The notes: generated from the sequence alone by a model not told the origin. DNA of 64,000 nt from Planctomycetota bacterium (GCA_038060895.1 JBBTCT010000009.1:48082-112081), one strand, 5' to 3'; numbered from the stretch's first letter, positions 39,385-49,712 are shown. Numbers and translations are program-made.

Positions 39385-40851
39385 TTGAAGCTTTCATCGC
39401 TGCGCAAGGCGCTTTCGGGCGCTTCGTGGTCGCTCTTCAAGGACGCCGAGGTTCTCGGCGTGACGGCCGATTCGCGCAAGGTGCGCCCGGGCTGGGTGTT
39501 CATCGCGATCCCGGGAGTGAAAGACGACGGCGCGAAGTACGCGATCTCGGCGCTCATGAACGGCGCGGTCGCGGTGGTTTCTACGAAGAAGCTGGAGCTT
39601 CCCTGCGCCGCGCCCCAGGCCATCGTCGCCGACGCGCGCGAAGCGGCGGCGCAGCTTGCGGCGGCGTTCCACGGATATCCGTCGCGCCGGCTAAAGGTCA
39701 TCGGCGTCACGGGGACCAACGGCAAGACGACGACGACGCACCTCGTGCGCGCGATGCTCAACGCGGCGGGGGCGAAGTGCGGGCTGCTGGGCACGATCAG
39801 CTACCAGTTCGGGCGGCGCGACATTCCCGCCGACAACACGACGCCGGGCCCGGTCGAGCTGCAGGAGATGTTCGCGGAGATGGTCGAGATCGGAATGACG
39901 CACTGCGTCATGGAAGTTTCGTCCCACGCTCTTCACCAGGGCCGCGTCGCCGGGATCGAGTTCGCCGGATCGATCTTCACGAACCTGACGCGCGACCACC
40001 TCGACTACCACAAGACGATGGAGAACTATCGCGACGCGAAGGCGCTCCTGTTCCGGGGGCTCAAGCCCGGCGCCGCGGCCGCGGTGAACGTGGACGACCC
40101 GTACGGGACGTTCATGGCGGAAGCCTCGGCTGTGCCGGCCGCGACGTTCGGGCTCTCGCCGGCCGCGAATGTGCGCGCTGAAGTCCACTCGACGACGCTC
40201 GACGGCACGCGCTTCTTCCTCCGCGCCGCCGGATTCGAAGGCCCCGTTTCCTCGCCGCTCGTCGGCCGCCACAACGTCCAGAACGTCCTCGGCGCGATCG
40301 CCTGCCTGGAAGCGATGGGCGTTGATCCCGACGCTCTTCGCGACGGCGCCGCCGCGTGCGCTTTCGTGCGGGGCCGTCTCGAGCCCGTCCGCTGCGGCCA
40401 GCCGTACGCCGTGCTCGTCGACTACGCCCACACCGACGACGCCCTCATCAACGTCCTCACCGCGCTCCGGCCCCTCACGCCGGGGCGCCTCATCAGCGTT
40501 TTCGGCTGCGGCGGCGACCGCGACAAGGGGAAGCGCCCGATGATGGCGAAGGCCTGCGCGCGGTACGCGGACCTTGCGGTCGTGACGAGCGACAACCCGC
40601 GCACGGAGGACCCGATGCGGATCCTCGACGACATCCTCGCGGGCATGCCCGCGGACGCGCCGCGCATCGTCGAGCCGGACCGGCGCGAAGCGATCAGGAA
40701 GGCGCTTCGGGAAGCGCGGGCGGGGGACACGGTGCTGATCGCGGGGAAGGGTCACGAGACGTACCAGATATTCAGGGACGGGGTGAAGCCGTTCGACGAC
40801 CGGATGGTGGCCGCGGAGTTCCTGGGCCGGCGGTTGCCGGCTCTGGCGTAA
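39385..40851 (+). CDS. murE: UDP-MurNAc-tripeptide ligase (meso-DAP type)
   Basis: DSRKV, GVTGTNGKTT, MEVSSH, DYAHT, DNPR, GKGHE; TTG 39385 after SD AGGAG. Confidence 0.96.
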   Translation: MKLSSLRKALSGASWSLFKDAEVLGVTADSRKVRPGWVFIAIPGVKDDGAKYAISALMNGAVAVVSTKKLELPCAAPQAIVADAREAAAQLAAAFHGYPSRRLKVIGVTGTNGKTTTTHLVRAMLNAAGAKCGLLGTISYQFGRRDIPADNTTPGPVELQEMFAEMVEIGMTHCVMEVSSHALHQGRVAGIEFAGSIFTNLTRDHLDYHKTMENYRDAKALLFRGLKPGAAAAVNVDDPYGTFMAEASAVPAATFGLSPAANVRAEVHSTTLDGTRFFLRAAGFEGPVSSPLVGRHNVQNVLGAIACLEAMGVDPDALRDGAAACAFVRGRLEPVRCGQPYAVLVDYAHTDDALINVLTALRPLTPGRLISVFGCGGDRDKGKRPMMAKACARYADLAVVTSDNPRTEDPMRILDDILAGMPADAPRIVEPDRREAIRKALREARAGDTVLIAGKGHETYQIFRDGVKPFDDRMVAAEFLGRRLPALA

Positions 40852-40874
40852 ATAAAAACATCGGGGAGGCGAGA

Positions 40875-42254
40875 ATGCTGCCCATCGAACTGTCCGAGCT
40901 CAAGACCGTCCTGAACGGAGAGTTCGTCCATGGAACCGGCGGCGGCGAAGCCACCGGCGCCCAGACCGATTCGCGCGCCGTGAAAAAAGGCGACCTCTTC
41001 TTCGCGATCCGCGGCCGCAACCAGGACGGCCATGACTTCGTGCAGGAAGCGCTCTCGAAGGGCGCTTCGGCCGTCATCGTGGACCGCGAGATCGAAAAGG
41101 TCCGCAAGGGGAATGTGCTCCGCGTCCGCGACACCGTTTCCTCCCTCGGCGATCTCGCCCGCCGCATTCGCGCGATGGCCGGCGTTCCCGTCGTCGCCGT
41201 CACGGGGTCGAACGGGAAGACCACCGCCAAGGACATGATCGCCCACGTCCTCGGGGCCGATCGCTCCGTCCTCGCTTCCCAGAAATCTTTCAACAACCAG
41301 CTCGGCCTGCCCATCACGCTTCTCGGCATCGACAAGGAAACCGACGTCGTGGTCGTGGAGTGCGGCACGAGCGCCCCGGGCGAGATCGCCTACCTGGCGG
41401 GGATCGCGCAGCCCAACGTGAGCGTCGTCACCACGGTCAGCGAAACGCACCTCGAGGGATTCGGGACGATCGACGCGATCGCGCGCGAGAAGGCCGCGCT
41501 TATCGAGAAGCTCGCGCCAAACGGCACGGCCGTCCTGAACATGGACAACGAGCACACGAAGCGGATGTCGCGCGCGACGACCGCGCGGTGCGTCACGTTT
41601 GGATTTTTCCGCGGCGCCGACGTCAAGGGCAGCGCGATCGAAGGCGGCCCCGAGGGGATCCGCTTCCTCGTCAACGACCGCGTCCCGTTCGTCCTCCCGA
41701 TCTGCGGCCGCTGGATGGCGTACAACGCGCTGGCCGCGGCGTCGGTCGGCCTGACGATGGGGATGGACATGATGCAGATCGCCGAGCGGCTGATGTCGTT
41801 CCGACTTCCTCCGATGCGCATGGAGCGGATCGAGCTCGCCGGCGTGCAGTTCATCAACGACGCCTACAACGCCAACCCGCGCGCGGTGACGCTGGCGCTC
41901 GACGAGATCGAGCTCTGGGAAGCGCGGCGCCGCGTGTTCATTTTCGGCGACATGCTGGAGATGGGAAGCGAGTCGGCGAAACATCACGAGAAGGTCGGGG
42001 ACCGTGTCGCGCGCACGCCGAACATCGGCGTGTTCGTCGGGATCGGGCCGGAGGCGACGCGCGCGGTGCACAAGGCGAAGACGCTGAGGCGGACGCTGGA
42101 AGCGCATGCGTTCGCGAACGCGGACGAGGCAGCGCGGGCGCTTCCCGACATTCTTCGGGAAGGGGACCTGGCGCTGCTGAAGGGGAGCCGCGGGATGAGG
42201 CTGGAGCGGGTACTGGCGGCGTTCAAGCCGCTTGAGGCGGCGGTACCGGTTTAG
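40875..42254 (+). CDS. murF: UDP-MurNAc-pentapeptide ligase
   Basis: TDSR, TGSNGKTT, FNNQLG.P, NDAYNANP, GDMLE.G, KGSRG; ATG 40875. Confidence 0.96.
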   Translation: MLPIELSELKTVLNGEFVHGTGGGEATGAQTDSRAVKKGDLFFAIRGRNQDGHDFVQEALSKGASAVIVDREIEKVRKGNVLRVRDTVSSLGDLARRIRAMAGVPVVAVTGSNGKTTAKDMIAHVLGADRSVLASQKSFNNQLGLPITLLGIDKETDVVVVECGTSAPGEIAYLAGIAQPNVSVVTTVSETHLEGFGTIDAIAREKAALIEKLAPNGTAVLNMDNEHTKRMSRATTARCVTFGFFRGADVKGSAIEGGPEGIRFLVNDRVPFVLPICGRWMAYNALAAASVGLTMGMDMMQIAERLMSFRLPPMRMERIELAGVQFINDAYNANPRAVTLALDEIELWEARRRVFIFGDMLEMGSESAKHHEKVGDRVARTPNIGVFVGIGPEATRAVHKAKTLRRTLEAHAFANADEAARALPDILREGDLALLKGSRGMRLERVLAAFKPLEAAVPV

Positions 42255-42300
42255 CGGCGAGGGCAAGGGCAAGGGCGATCGAAACAGCCAGGAGAGGGTG

Positions 42301-42537
42301 ATGAATCGGATCGAGATGACGGATGACGAGGCGGTGGCGCGGCTGCTGCGCGTGATCGCCACGAGGCATGCGAAGAGGGCGGCGGCGAATCCGCCGGACC
42401 TGAACGACCCCGCTGTTGTTGTGCGGTGGCTCGAGGCGGCAGCGAAGTCTGCCGAAGAAGAGTTCGATCAGTTGATGGGGCTGATGCCGCCCGCGACGGA
42501 GACGCGGCGGATGATGCTCCAGAAGATGATGTCGTGA
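42301..42537 (+). CDS. Small hypothetical protein (78 aa)
   Basis: SD AGGAG; shares D.EAVARL.R.I with the next ORF. Confidence 0.6.
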   Translation: MNRIEMTDDEAVARLLRVIATRHAKRAAANPPDLNDPAVVVRWLEAAAKSAEEEFDQLMGLMPPATETRRMMLQKMMS

Positions 42538-42604
42538 GCCGGGCTCGCGTGGGAGCGGGCCGGAGCAGGGACAAGGAAGTGTTCAACGTGAGAGGGGGCG
42601 GGTC

Positions 42605-42793
42605 ATGGAACGGATCAATGATCGTGAAGCGGTGGCGCGGCTGGCTCGGGCGATCCTGGGGAAGGGCGAGAGGACCACGAGCGAGGATGCGGTGGTCGAG
42701 CTGCTGTTCGCGATGAGTGAGAAGGACGAAGTGGCGAAGCGTCTGCAGCGGGGCGCGTTGAAGAGCGCGTCGCGGCCGGCGAAGACGGCGTAG
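42605..42793 (+). CDS. Small hypothetical protein (62 aa)
   Basis: ATG ORF; DREAVARLARAI similar to the previous ORF. Confidence 0.6.
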   Translation: MERINDREAVARLARAILGKGERTTSEDAVVELLFAMSEKDEVAKRLQRGALKSASRPAKTA

Positions 42794-42904
42794 TTTTTCG
42801 CTTCGTTCAGCTTTACAATTTATAAGTTGTAATACATCCCGGAATCCGGGGCGCCCGCACTGCGCTCCGGCCACGGGTTCACGGCCGACCTTCGGAGAGG
42901 CCTC

Positions 42905-43933
42905 GTGACCGAGATCGCCACGCTTCGCGCCGGCGCCGCCGCCACGGCTGCGTTCGCCGCCTGCCTCGTCGCGGGCCCGCGCGTCATTCGCTGGCTCAAG
43001 GCGCGGAAAGTGCGCGAGGACATCACCAAGAAAGATTCGAAGCGCCTCACCGAGATTCACTCCGGGAAGAAAGACACGCCGACGATGGGCGGGCTCTTCC
43101 TGATCGGATCCGCCCTCGCGGCGACGCTCGCGCTCGCGGACCTGTGGACGCCCGCGGTGCCGGCGACGATGGTCGCGGTGGCGATCCTCTGGGGGATCGG
43201 GTACGCGGACGACTGGGTCAAGCTGCGCACGAAAAAGCACGGCCTCGCCGCGAAGCCGCGGCTCCTCATGCAGGCCGGCGTCGGATACGCGCTCGGGTTC
43301 GTGCTCTGGAAGACGGGACATTCGACGCAGCTCGCGATTCCGTTTGCGCACGCGTCATTCGATCTCGGCGCCGCCTATCCTGCGCTCGCCGCGCTCGTCA
43401 TGGCCGCGACGACCAACGCCGTGAATCTCACCGACGGCCTCGACGGGCTCGCGGGCGGCTGCTTCCTCGCGGCCGGGCTTGCGTACACCGGCATCCTCTA
43501 CGTCACCGGCCGCCCCGATCTCGCGGCGTCGCTCGGCCTCCCGCACGTCCCCGGCGCTTCCGAACTCGCCGTCTTCGGCGCGGCCCTGCTCGGCGCCACG
43601 CTCGGCTTCATGTGGTTCAACTGCTTCCCGGCCCAGGTCTTCATGGGCAACACGGGCTCCCTTCCCCTCGGCGGTGCGCTCGCCGCCATGGCCCTCGTCG
43701 CCAAGCAGGAACTGCTTCTTGTCGTGATCGGCGGCGTCTTCGTCATCGAAGCGCTCTCGGTCATCATCCAGGTCGTTTCGTTCAAGACGACGGGGAAGCG
43801 CGTCTTCAAGATCGCGCCGATCCACCACCACTTCCAGTTCGACGGCGTTCCAGAATCGAAGATCACGGCGCGGTTCTGGATCGCGTCGGCGATCAGCGCC
43901 CTGGCCGGCCTCGCGGCGTTGAGGGCGGGGTAA
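42905..43933 (+). CDS. mraY: Phospho-N-acetylmuramoyl-pentapeptide transferase
   Basis: KKDTPTMGG, ADDW, NAVNLTDGLDGL, FN..PAQVFMG, APIHHHF. Confidence 0.96.
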   Translation: MTEIATLRAGAAATAAFAACLVAGPRVIRWLKARKVREDITKKDSKRLTEIHSGKKDTPTMGGLFLIGSALAATLALADLWTPAVPATMVAVAILWGIGYADDWVKLRTKKHGLAAKPRLLMQAGVGYALGFVLWKTGHSTQLAIPFAHASFDLGAAYPALAALVMAATTNAVNLTDGLDGLAGGCFLAAGLAYTGILYVTGRPDLAASLGLPHVPGASELAVFGAALLGATLGFMWFNCFPAQVFMGNTGSLPLGGALAAMALVAKQELLLVVIGGVFVIEALSVIIQVVSFKTTGKRVFKIAPIHHHFQFDGVPESKITARFWIASAISALAGLAALRAG

Positions 43934-45130
43934 ATGTCCGCTTCCCGCGGCGCCGTCGTCTTCACGGTCCTTGCGCTCTGCGCGCTCGGGACGGTGATGA
44001 TCTACAGTGCGAGCGCGCCCGCGGCGGACCGGCTGACGGGCGAAGGGGACAACACGCTGGTCAAGCACCTCTTCTGGCTTGGCCTTGGCCTGTGCGCGTT
44101 CGCGGCGACTTCGGCGGTGGACGTCCGGAAATTCGAACAGGCGGCGCCATGGATCTTCGGCGGCGGTCTGCTGCTGCTCATCGCGGTGCTCATCCCCGGC
44201 ATCGGATCCGAAGTCAACGGCGCGCGCCGCTGGTTCCGCGCGGGCGACCTGTCGTTCCAGCCGAGCGAACTGATGAAGATCGGCCTTCCGGTCTTTCTCG
44301 CCTGGTACCTCGGCCGCGACCCGGAGCGCGCGCGCTCGTTCAAGCGCGGCTTCCTCCCCGCAGCCGGCGCCATCGCGCTGGCCGTCGGCCTTACCGCGAT
44401 CGAGCCCGACCTCGGCACCGCCGCCCTCCTCGCCATCGCCGGCAGCTGCGTCGCACTCCTCGGCGGCGTCCGCCTCGTCCACGCCGTCCCCTGCACGCTC
44501 GCCGTCCTCCCCATCGCCGCCATCGGCGCCTACTTCAAGTTCCAGCACGCCCGCGACCGCATCTTCGTCTTCCTCGACCCCGACGCCGATCCCCTCGGCC
44601 GCGGATACCAGATCAAGCAAGCGCTCATCGCGCTCGGAAGCGGCGGCACCTACGGCGCCGGCCTCGGCATGTCGCGCCAGAAATTGTTCTTCCTCCCCGA
44701 GAAACACACCGACTTCATTTTTTCCATCGTCGGCGAAGAACTCGGCCTCGTCGGCACCCTGGGCGTCATCGGAATGTTCCTCTTCCTCCTCTGGCACGGC
44801 CGCGCGATCGCCCGTCGCTGCCCGTCCGTGTTCGGCTCGCTCGCCGCAGCCGGCATGCTCGCGAGCGTCGGCTTCCAGGCCGCAATGAACATGGCGGTCG
44901 TCACCGCCTCCATGCCGACGAAGGGCATCTCTCTGCCGTTCCTGTCGTTCGGCGGCTCCGGATTATTTTTCACGCTGGCCGCGATGGGATTCGTGATCAG
45001 CGCAGGACGCGAGGAAAGTGCGGCAGCGGTTGGTGCCGATGTTGAAGCGGTCGTCGCCGGCCCGCCCGCCCGCCAGCCTGCCTGCCCGCCTGCCTTTCCC
45101 GTCCTCCACTCCCCGGAGGCCCCCCAGTGA
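43934..45130 (+). CDS. ftsW: SEDS peptidoglycan polymerase FtsW
   Basis: MIYSAS, NGARRW, FQPSE..K, EPDLGT, LPEKHTDF, GEELG, LPFLSFGGS. Confidence 0.95.
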   Translation: MSASRGAVVFTVLALCALGTVMIYSASAPAADRLTGEGDNTLVKHLFWLGLGLCAFAATSAVDVRKFEQAAPWIFGGGLLLLIAVLIPGIGSEVNGARRWFRAGDLSFQPSELMKIGLPVFLAWYLGRDPERARSFKRGFLPAAGAIALAVGLTAIEPDLGTAALLAIAGSCVALLGGVRLVHAVPCTLAVLPIAAIGAYFKFQHARDRIFVFLDPDADPLGRGYQIKQALIALGSGGTYGAGLGMSRQKLFFLPEKHTDFIFSIVGEELGLVGTLGVIGMFLFLLWHGRAIARRCPSVFGSLAAAGMLASVGFQAAMNMAVVTASMPTKGISLPFLSFGGSGLFFTLAAMGFVISAGREESAAAVGADVEAVVAGPPARQPACPPAFPVLHSPEAPQ

Positions 45131-46239
45131 TCCTTCAGCTGTTCCACGCCCATGTTGAAAAGAAAATCCGCCGCGCCCCGGCGGTTGCGTTCGCAGGCGG
45201 CGGAACGGGCGGACATCTCTTCCCCGCGATCGCCCTCGCCGACGAAATCCGGCGCCGGACGCCCGACGCGCGCGTCACGTTCCTTTGCACCAAGCGCCCC
45301 ATCGACCAGCAGATCCTCTCCCGCACCAACTTCGACCATCACGCCATGGCCGCCCCCCGCTGGGTCGGCTTCACCGGCCTCATCGGCGGTTTCGTCCCCG
45401 AGTCGTGGAGCGCCTTCCGCAACGCGTACTCCGAACTGAAATCCTTCAATCCCGACGTCGTCGTCGGCGTCGGCGGCTACGGAAGCGTCCCAACGGTCCT
45501 CGCCGCGCGCGCCCTCGGCGTCCCCGTCGTCCTCCTCGAGCAGAACGCCATCGTCGGCCGCGCCAACCAGTTCCTCGCGCGATTCGCCAAGCTGGTCTGC
45601 TGCCAGTGGAAGGAAGCCGTGAAGGTCATCCCGGGCGGCGTTTTCACCGGCAACCCGATCCGCCAGCTCGACCGCGACCCCGAAGCGCGAAAGTCGCTCG
45701 GCTTCGACCCGAAAAAACCGACGATCGGAATCCTCGGCGGCTCGCAGGGCTCCCACGCCATCAACGAGTTCTTCCGCTCCCGCGCCCACCGCCTCAAGGA
45801 CTGGAACGTCGTCCACGCCACCGGCCAGGCTGACTGGGCCCAGGTCGATGGCGCCTACCGCTTCAACAACGTCTCCGCCTGGGTCACCCCGTTCTGCGAC
45901 CGCATGGACCTCTTCTACGGCGCCGCCGACCTCGTCGTCTGCCGAGCCGGCGGCACGACGATCGCGGAAGCGACTGCCCTGGGCATCCCGCTCGCGCTGA
46001 TCCCGCTCCCGACCAGCGCGAACGGCCACCAGAAAGCCAACGCGGAGGCCGCCGAGAAAGCGGGCGCCGCCTGGCATCTCCCGGAGTCCGCCCTCGACGA
46101 CATCGCCTTCGACCGCTTCGAGCGGATGATGCGCGACCGTTCCACGCTCGCGAAGATGAGCGCATCCGGCTGGGAACTCGGCAACGCCGTCGCCGCGCAG
46201 GTGGTCCTGCGAAAAATCGAGGCCGTCCTCCAGGAGTAG
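45127..46239 (+). CDS. murG: Undecaprenyl-PP-MurNAc-pentapeptide GlcNAc transferase
   Basis: GGGTGGH..P, GGYGS, EQN, TGNPIR, GGSQG, RAGGTT, HQKANA. Confidence 0.96.
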   Translation: MILQLFHAHVEKKIRRAPAVAFAGGGTGGHLFPAIALADEIRRRTPDARVTFLCTKRPIDQQILSRTNFDHHAMAAPRWVGFTGLIGGFVPESWSAFRNAYSELKSFNPDVVVGVGGYGSVPTVLAARALGVPVVLLEQNAIVGRANQFLARFAKLVCCQWKEAVKVIPGGVFTGNPIRQLDRDPEARKSLGFDPKKPTIGILGGSQGSHAINEFFRSRAHRLKDWNVVHATGQADWAQVDGAYRFNNVSAWVTPFCDRMDLFYGAADLVVCRAGGTTIAEATALGIPLALIPLPTSANGHQKANAEAAEKAGAAWHLPESALDDIAFDRFERMMRDRSTLAKMSASGWELGNAVAAQVVLRKIEAVLQE

Positions 46240-46461
46240 CCTGCGCGGCTCTCGACTCCTTACTACTCAACACTCAATCCTCAGCACTGCATTTCCCGCC
46301 GCGCGCGGCAAATTCTCCCTCACTTTCCGCCGCGCTTCACGCCGATAAATCAGACTGCGATGAAACGCCGCAAGTCCGGTCGTATTCGTGTCGAGTGGGG
46401 CCGCTGTTCCTTGTTGCCGCGGGTCCCCGGGCCCACGGTGCAGTCGCTTAGAGGGGACACC

Positions 46462-47847
46462 ATGGCGTCGTTCCATTTCGTCGGGATCGGCGGGATCGGG
46501 ATGTCGGGCGCGGCGCGGATCCTCATGGCGCGCGGGATACCGGTGTCGGGAAGCGACATCGGTAAGAGCGAAGTGACGGAGGAGTTCGCGCTGAAGGGGG
46601 CGCGGATCTCGATCGGGCATGCAGCGGAGAATCTGCCTCCGGAAACGACGCGCGTCGTGGTGACGGCGGCCGTGGACGAGAAGAACCCCGAGATTGCGGA
46701 AGCGCGGCGTCGGAATCTGCCGATCGTGAAGTACGCGACGCTGCTGGGCGAGCTGATGCGCGACCGGTTCGGCATCGCGGTCGCGGGGTGTCACGGCAAA
46801 TCGACGACGAGCGCGATGACGGCGTTCGTGCTGGATCGCGGCGGGTATGAGCCGTCCTTCGTGGTGGGCGGCGGTATCCCGGACCTGGGCGGCTCCTCGC
46901 GCGGCGGGAAGGGCGAGCCGTTCGTCGCCGAGGCCTGCGAGCACTTCCGGTCGTTCCACAACCTGTACCCGCACATTGCGGTCGTGACGAACATCGAGGA
47001 GGACCACCTCGACTACTACCGCGACATCGACGAGATCATCGGGTCGTTCGGCGTGTTCCTGTCGCACGTGCCGCCGGAAGGGCTGGTCGTGATCAACGGC
47101 GAGGACGGGAACTGCGCGCGGGCGATGAAGTCGGCGCGCTGCCGTATCGAGACGTTCGGGTTCGGGCCGGGGATGGACTGGCGAGCGGTGAACCTGCGAG
47201 TGGACGACGGGCGCTGGAAGTTTGACGCACTGCGTCATGAAGCGCTCTTCGGCTCCTTCGAGCTCGCGATCCCGGGCGAGCACAACGTGAAGAACGCGCT
47301 GGCGGCGATCGCGGTCGCCCACGCGCTGGAGATGCCCGGAAACCGCATCGCCGAAGCGCTCGCGAACTTTCACGGCGTCCAGCGCCGCATGCAGTGGCTC
47401 GTGCGCGGCCCCATTTCCGTGATGGACGACTACGCGCACCACCCGACGGAAGTCCGCGCTTCGCTGGCGGCGCTCCGCTCGATCTGTCCGGGCCGCCGCA
47501 TCGTCGCGATCTTCCAGCCGCACCAGTATTCGCGCACGCGCATCTTCCGCGACGGCTTCGCGCACGCGTTTGCGGACGCCGACGAGGTCCTGATCCCGGG
47601 GATCTATGCCGCGCGCGACTCCGACGAGGACCGCCGCGCCGTCTGCGCCCAGGATCTCGCCGACGACATCCGCGCGACGGGCACCGCGGCACGCGCGTTC
47701 GCGTCGTTCGACGAATGCGTCCAGGCCCTTCGCGACATCCCCGCTCCCGCCGTCCTCCTCACCATGGGCGCGGGCGACGTCTTCAAGATCGCCGGCGCCA
47801 TGTCTCTCCTGGTCCCTCAACCCGAAACCGGAAGGGTGGCCGTATGA
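46462..47847 (+). CDS. murC: UDP-N-acetylmuramate--L-alanine ligase
   Basis: HFVGIGGIGMSG, GCHGKSTT, EACE, DHLD, DDYAHHPTE, FQPH; ATG 46462 after SD GAGGGG. Confidence 0.96.
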   Translation: MASFHFVGIGGIGMSGAARILMARGIPVSGSDIGKSEVTEEFALKGARISIGHAAENLPPETTRVVVTAAVDEKNPEIAEARRRNLPIVKYATLLGELMRDRFGIAVAGCHGKSTTSAMTAFVLDRGGYEPSFVVGGGIPDLGGSSRGGKGEPFVAEACEHFRSFHNLYPHIAVVTNIEEDHLDYYRDIDEIIGSFGVFLSHVPPEGLVVINGEDGNCARAMKSARCRIETFGFGPGMDWRAVNLRVDDGRWKFDALRHEALFGSFELAIPGEHNVKNALAAIAVAHALEMPGNRIAEALANFHGVQRRMQWLVRGPISVMDDYAHHPTEVRASLAALRSICPGRRIVAIFQPHQYSRTRIFRDGFAHAFADADEVLIPGIYAARDSDEDRRAVCAQDLADDIRATGTAARAFASFDECVQALRDIPAPAVLLTMGAGDVFKIAGAMSLLVPQPETGRVAV

Positions 47848-48692
47848 TCCTCAAGCGCGACGAGCCCCTCGCTCCCCGCACCTCGTACCGCATCGGCGGC
47901 ACCGCCGAGTACTTCTTCATCCCGGAGCGGATGGAGGAAGTCCCTCAGGCGATGTCGTACTGCCGCGCAAAGGGGCTGGACCTGCGCGTGCTCGGCGGCG
48001 GCACCAACGTCCTCGTCGGCGATCGCGGCTGGCCCGCGGTCCTCTCGCTCGAGCGCTTCAAGCACACCGACGCCTTCGGTCCCTTTGCAAAGGCCGAGGC
48101 CGGCGCTTCGTTCCCCGCATTCGTAAAGAAACTCGCGGACAACTCAAGCAAGGGCGCCGAAGCGCTCTGCGGGATCCCGGGCACGGTCGGCGGCGCGCTG
48201 CTCATGAACGCGGGTGGCCACTACGGCGAAATCGGGGAGTTCGTGAAACGCGTCAAGGTCGTCGAGGCCGACGGCCGCATCGTTTCCCTCGATCGCGAGC
48301 AGTGCGGCTTCCGCTACCGCGAATCGGACCTGAAGAACCGGATCATCCTGTCGGCGGACTTCGAGTTTTCCGAAGGAGACCGCGAAGAGATCCGCACCAG
48401 GATGCGCGACATCTTCCAGAAGAAGAAAGCGTCCCAGCCGCTTCACAGCCACTCCGCCGGGTGCGTCTTCAAGAATCCTCCCGGCCTGTCAGCGGGACGC
48501 ATGATCGACGAGTGTGGCTTCAAGGGCACGCGCATCGGTGGCGCGGCCGTAAGCGTCCTGCACGCGAACTTCCTGACGAACGACGACGACGCGTCAGCCT
48601 CCGACATGCTCGAACTCATTTCGAGAATCCAGGGCCAGATCAAGGAACGCCACGGCGTCGAGCTCGAGCTGGAAATCAAGGTCTGGTCGTAA
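47844..48692 (+). CDS. murB: UDP-N-acetylenolpyruvoylglucosamine reductase
   Basis: TSYRIGG.A, LGGGTN, GIPGTVGG, MNAG, SAGCVFKNP, HANF, LELEI; ATGA overlap with murC. Confidence 0.95.
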   Translation: MILKRDEPLAPRTSYRIGGTAEYFFIPERMEEVPQAMSYCRAKGLDLRVLGGGTNVLVGDRGWPAVLSLERFKHTDAFGPFAKAEAGASFPAFVKKLADNSSKGAEALCGIPGTVGGALLMNAGGHYGEIGEFVKRVKVVEADGRIVSLDREQCGFRYRESDLKNRIILSADFEFSEGDREEIRTRMRDIFQKKKASQPLHSHSAGCVFKNPPGLSAGRMIDECGFKGTRIGGAAVSVLHANFLTNDDDASASDMLELISRIQGQIKERHGVELELEIKVWS

Positions 48693-48731
48693 CTCCCGTC
48701 TCCGAACTCATTACAACCAAGGGCAAACCTC

Positions 48732-49712
48732 ATGCGCAAACCCCGCTCGCTCTTCCGCGCCCTCTCCGACCGCACTCTCCGCGTCGCCGTCCTCGCCGGC
48801 GGGCCCGGTTCTGAACGCGAAGTTTCACTGAGAAGCGGCACGGCCGCGCAGAAGGCGCTCGCGGGCGCGGGCTATCCGGCAGAACTCGTGGTCATCGACG
48901 CCGCGCTCCCCGAACCGTTCGAATACGACGCGGCCTTTCTCGCGCTCCACGGCCGCTTCGGCGAAGACGGCACGCTCCAGAAGATCCTCGAGGATCGCGG
49001 CATCCCGTACACCGGCTCGCCCGCCGACGCCTCCTTCAACGCGTTCGACAAGATCCTCAGCAAGAGCCTCTTCATCGCCCACGCCGTCCCGACTGCCGGG
49101 TTCACGACGGTGGGGAAGGGCGACGACACGTTCGCACGTAACTCCGCGGCGTCCGAGGTGGGTTTCCCGCTCGTCATCAAGCCCGCCCGCGAGGGCTCCA
49201 GCGTCGGCATCTCGATCGTCCGCGACCGCGCCGGGCTCGACGCCGCCTTCGACAACGCGTTCCGTTACGATTCACGCGTTCTCGTCGAAGAGTTCATTCA
49301 GGGTCGCGAGCTGACAGTCGGAGTTCTCGAGAACCGCGCGCTGCCGCTGATCGAGATGCGCTCGAAGCGCGAGTTCTTCGACTTCGAGGCGAAGTACGTC
49401 GACACCGGCACGCAGTACCTGATCAAGCCCGAGCTCCCCGAAATCGTCGAGCGGGCCGTCGCGCAGGCCGCCGTCGCCGCGCACCGCGCGCTCCGCTGCG
49501 AGCATTTCTCCCGCGTGGACGTGATCTATCACGAGAAGCGCGGGCCGATGGTGCTCGAGGTGAACACGCTGCCCGGGTTGACCGAGCGGTCGCTGCTGCC
49601 GAAGGCTGCGCTCGCGAGCGGTGTCGGCTATACGGAACTGTGCGAAACGATGCTGCGGATGGCGCTGAAGCGGGCGAGTCTGGCGAAGGGGAAGAAGGCG
49701 GCCAGGGGGTAG
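48732..49712 (+). CDS. ddl: D-alanine--D-alanine ligase
   Basis: GG..SEREVSL.SG, LHGRFGEDG, GSSVG, LEVNTLPG. Confidence 0.95.
   Translation: MRKPRSLFRALSDRTLRVAVLAGGPGSEREVSLRSGTAAQKALAGAGYPAELVVIDAALPEPFEYDAAFLALHGRFGEDGTLQKILEDRGIPYTGSPADASFNAFDKILSKSLFIAHAVPTAGFTTVGKGDDTFARNSAASEVGFPLVIKPAREGSSVGISIVRDRAGLDAAFDNAFRYDSRVLVEEFIQGRELTVGVLENRALPLIEMRSKREFFDFEAKYVDTGTQYLIKPELPEIVERAVAQAAVAAHRALRCEHFSRVDVIYHEKRGPMVLEVNTLPGLTERSLLPKAALASGVGYTELCETMLRMALKRASLAKGKKAARG

Noticed and set aside
42813-42832. dif site
   Set aside because: No XerD-arm (TTATGTTAAAT-like) match or 11-6-11 layout.
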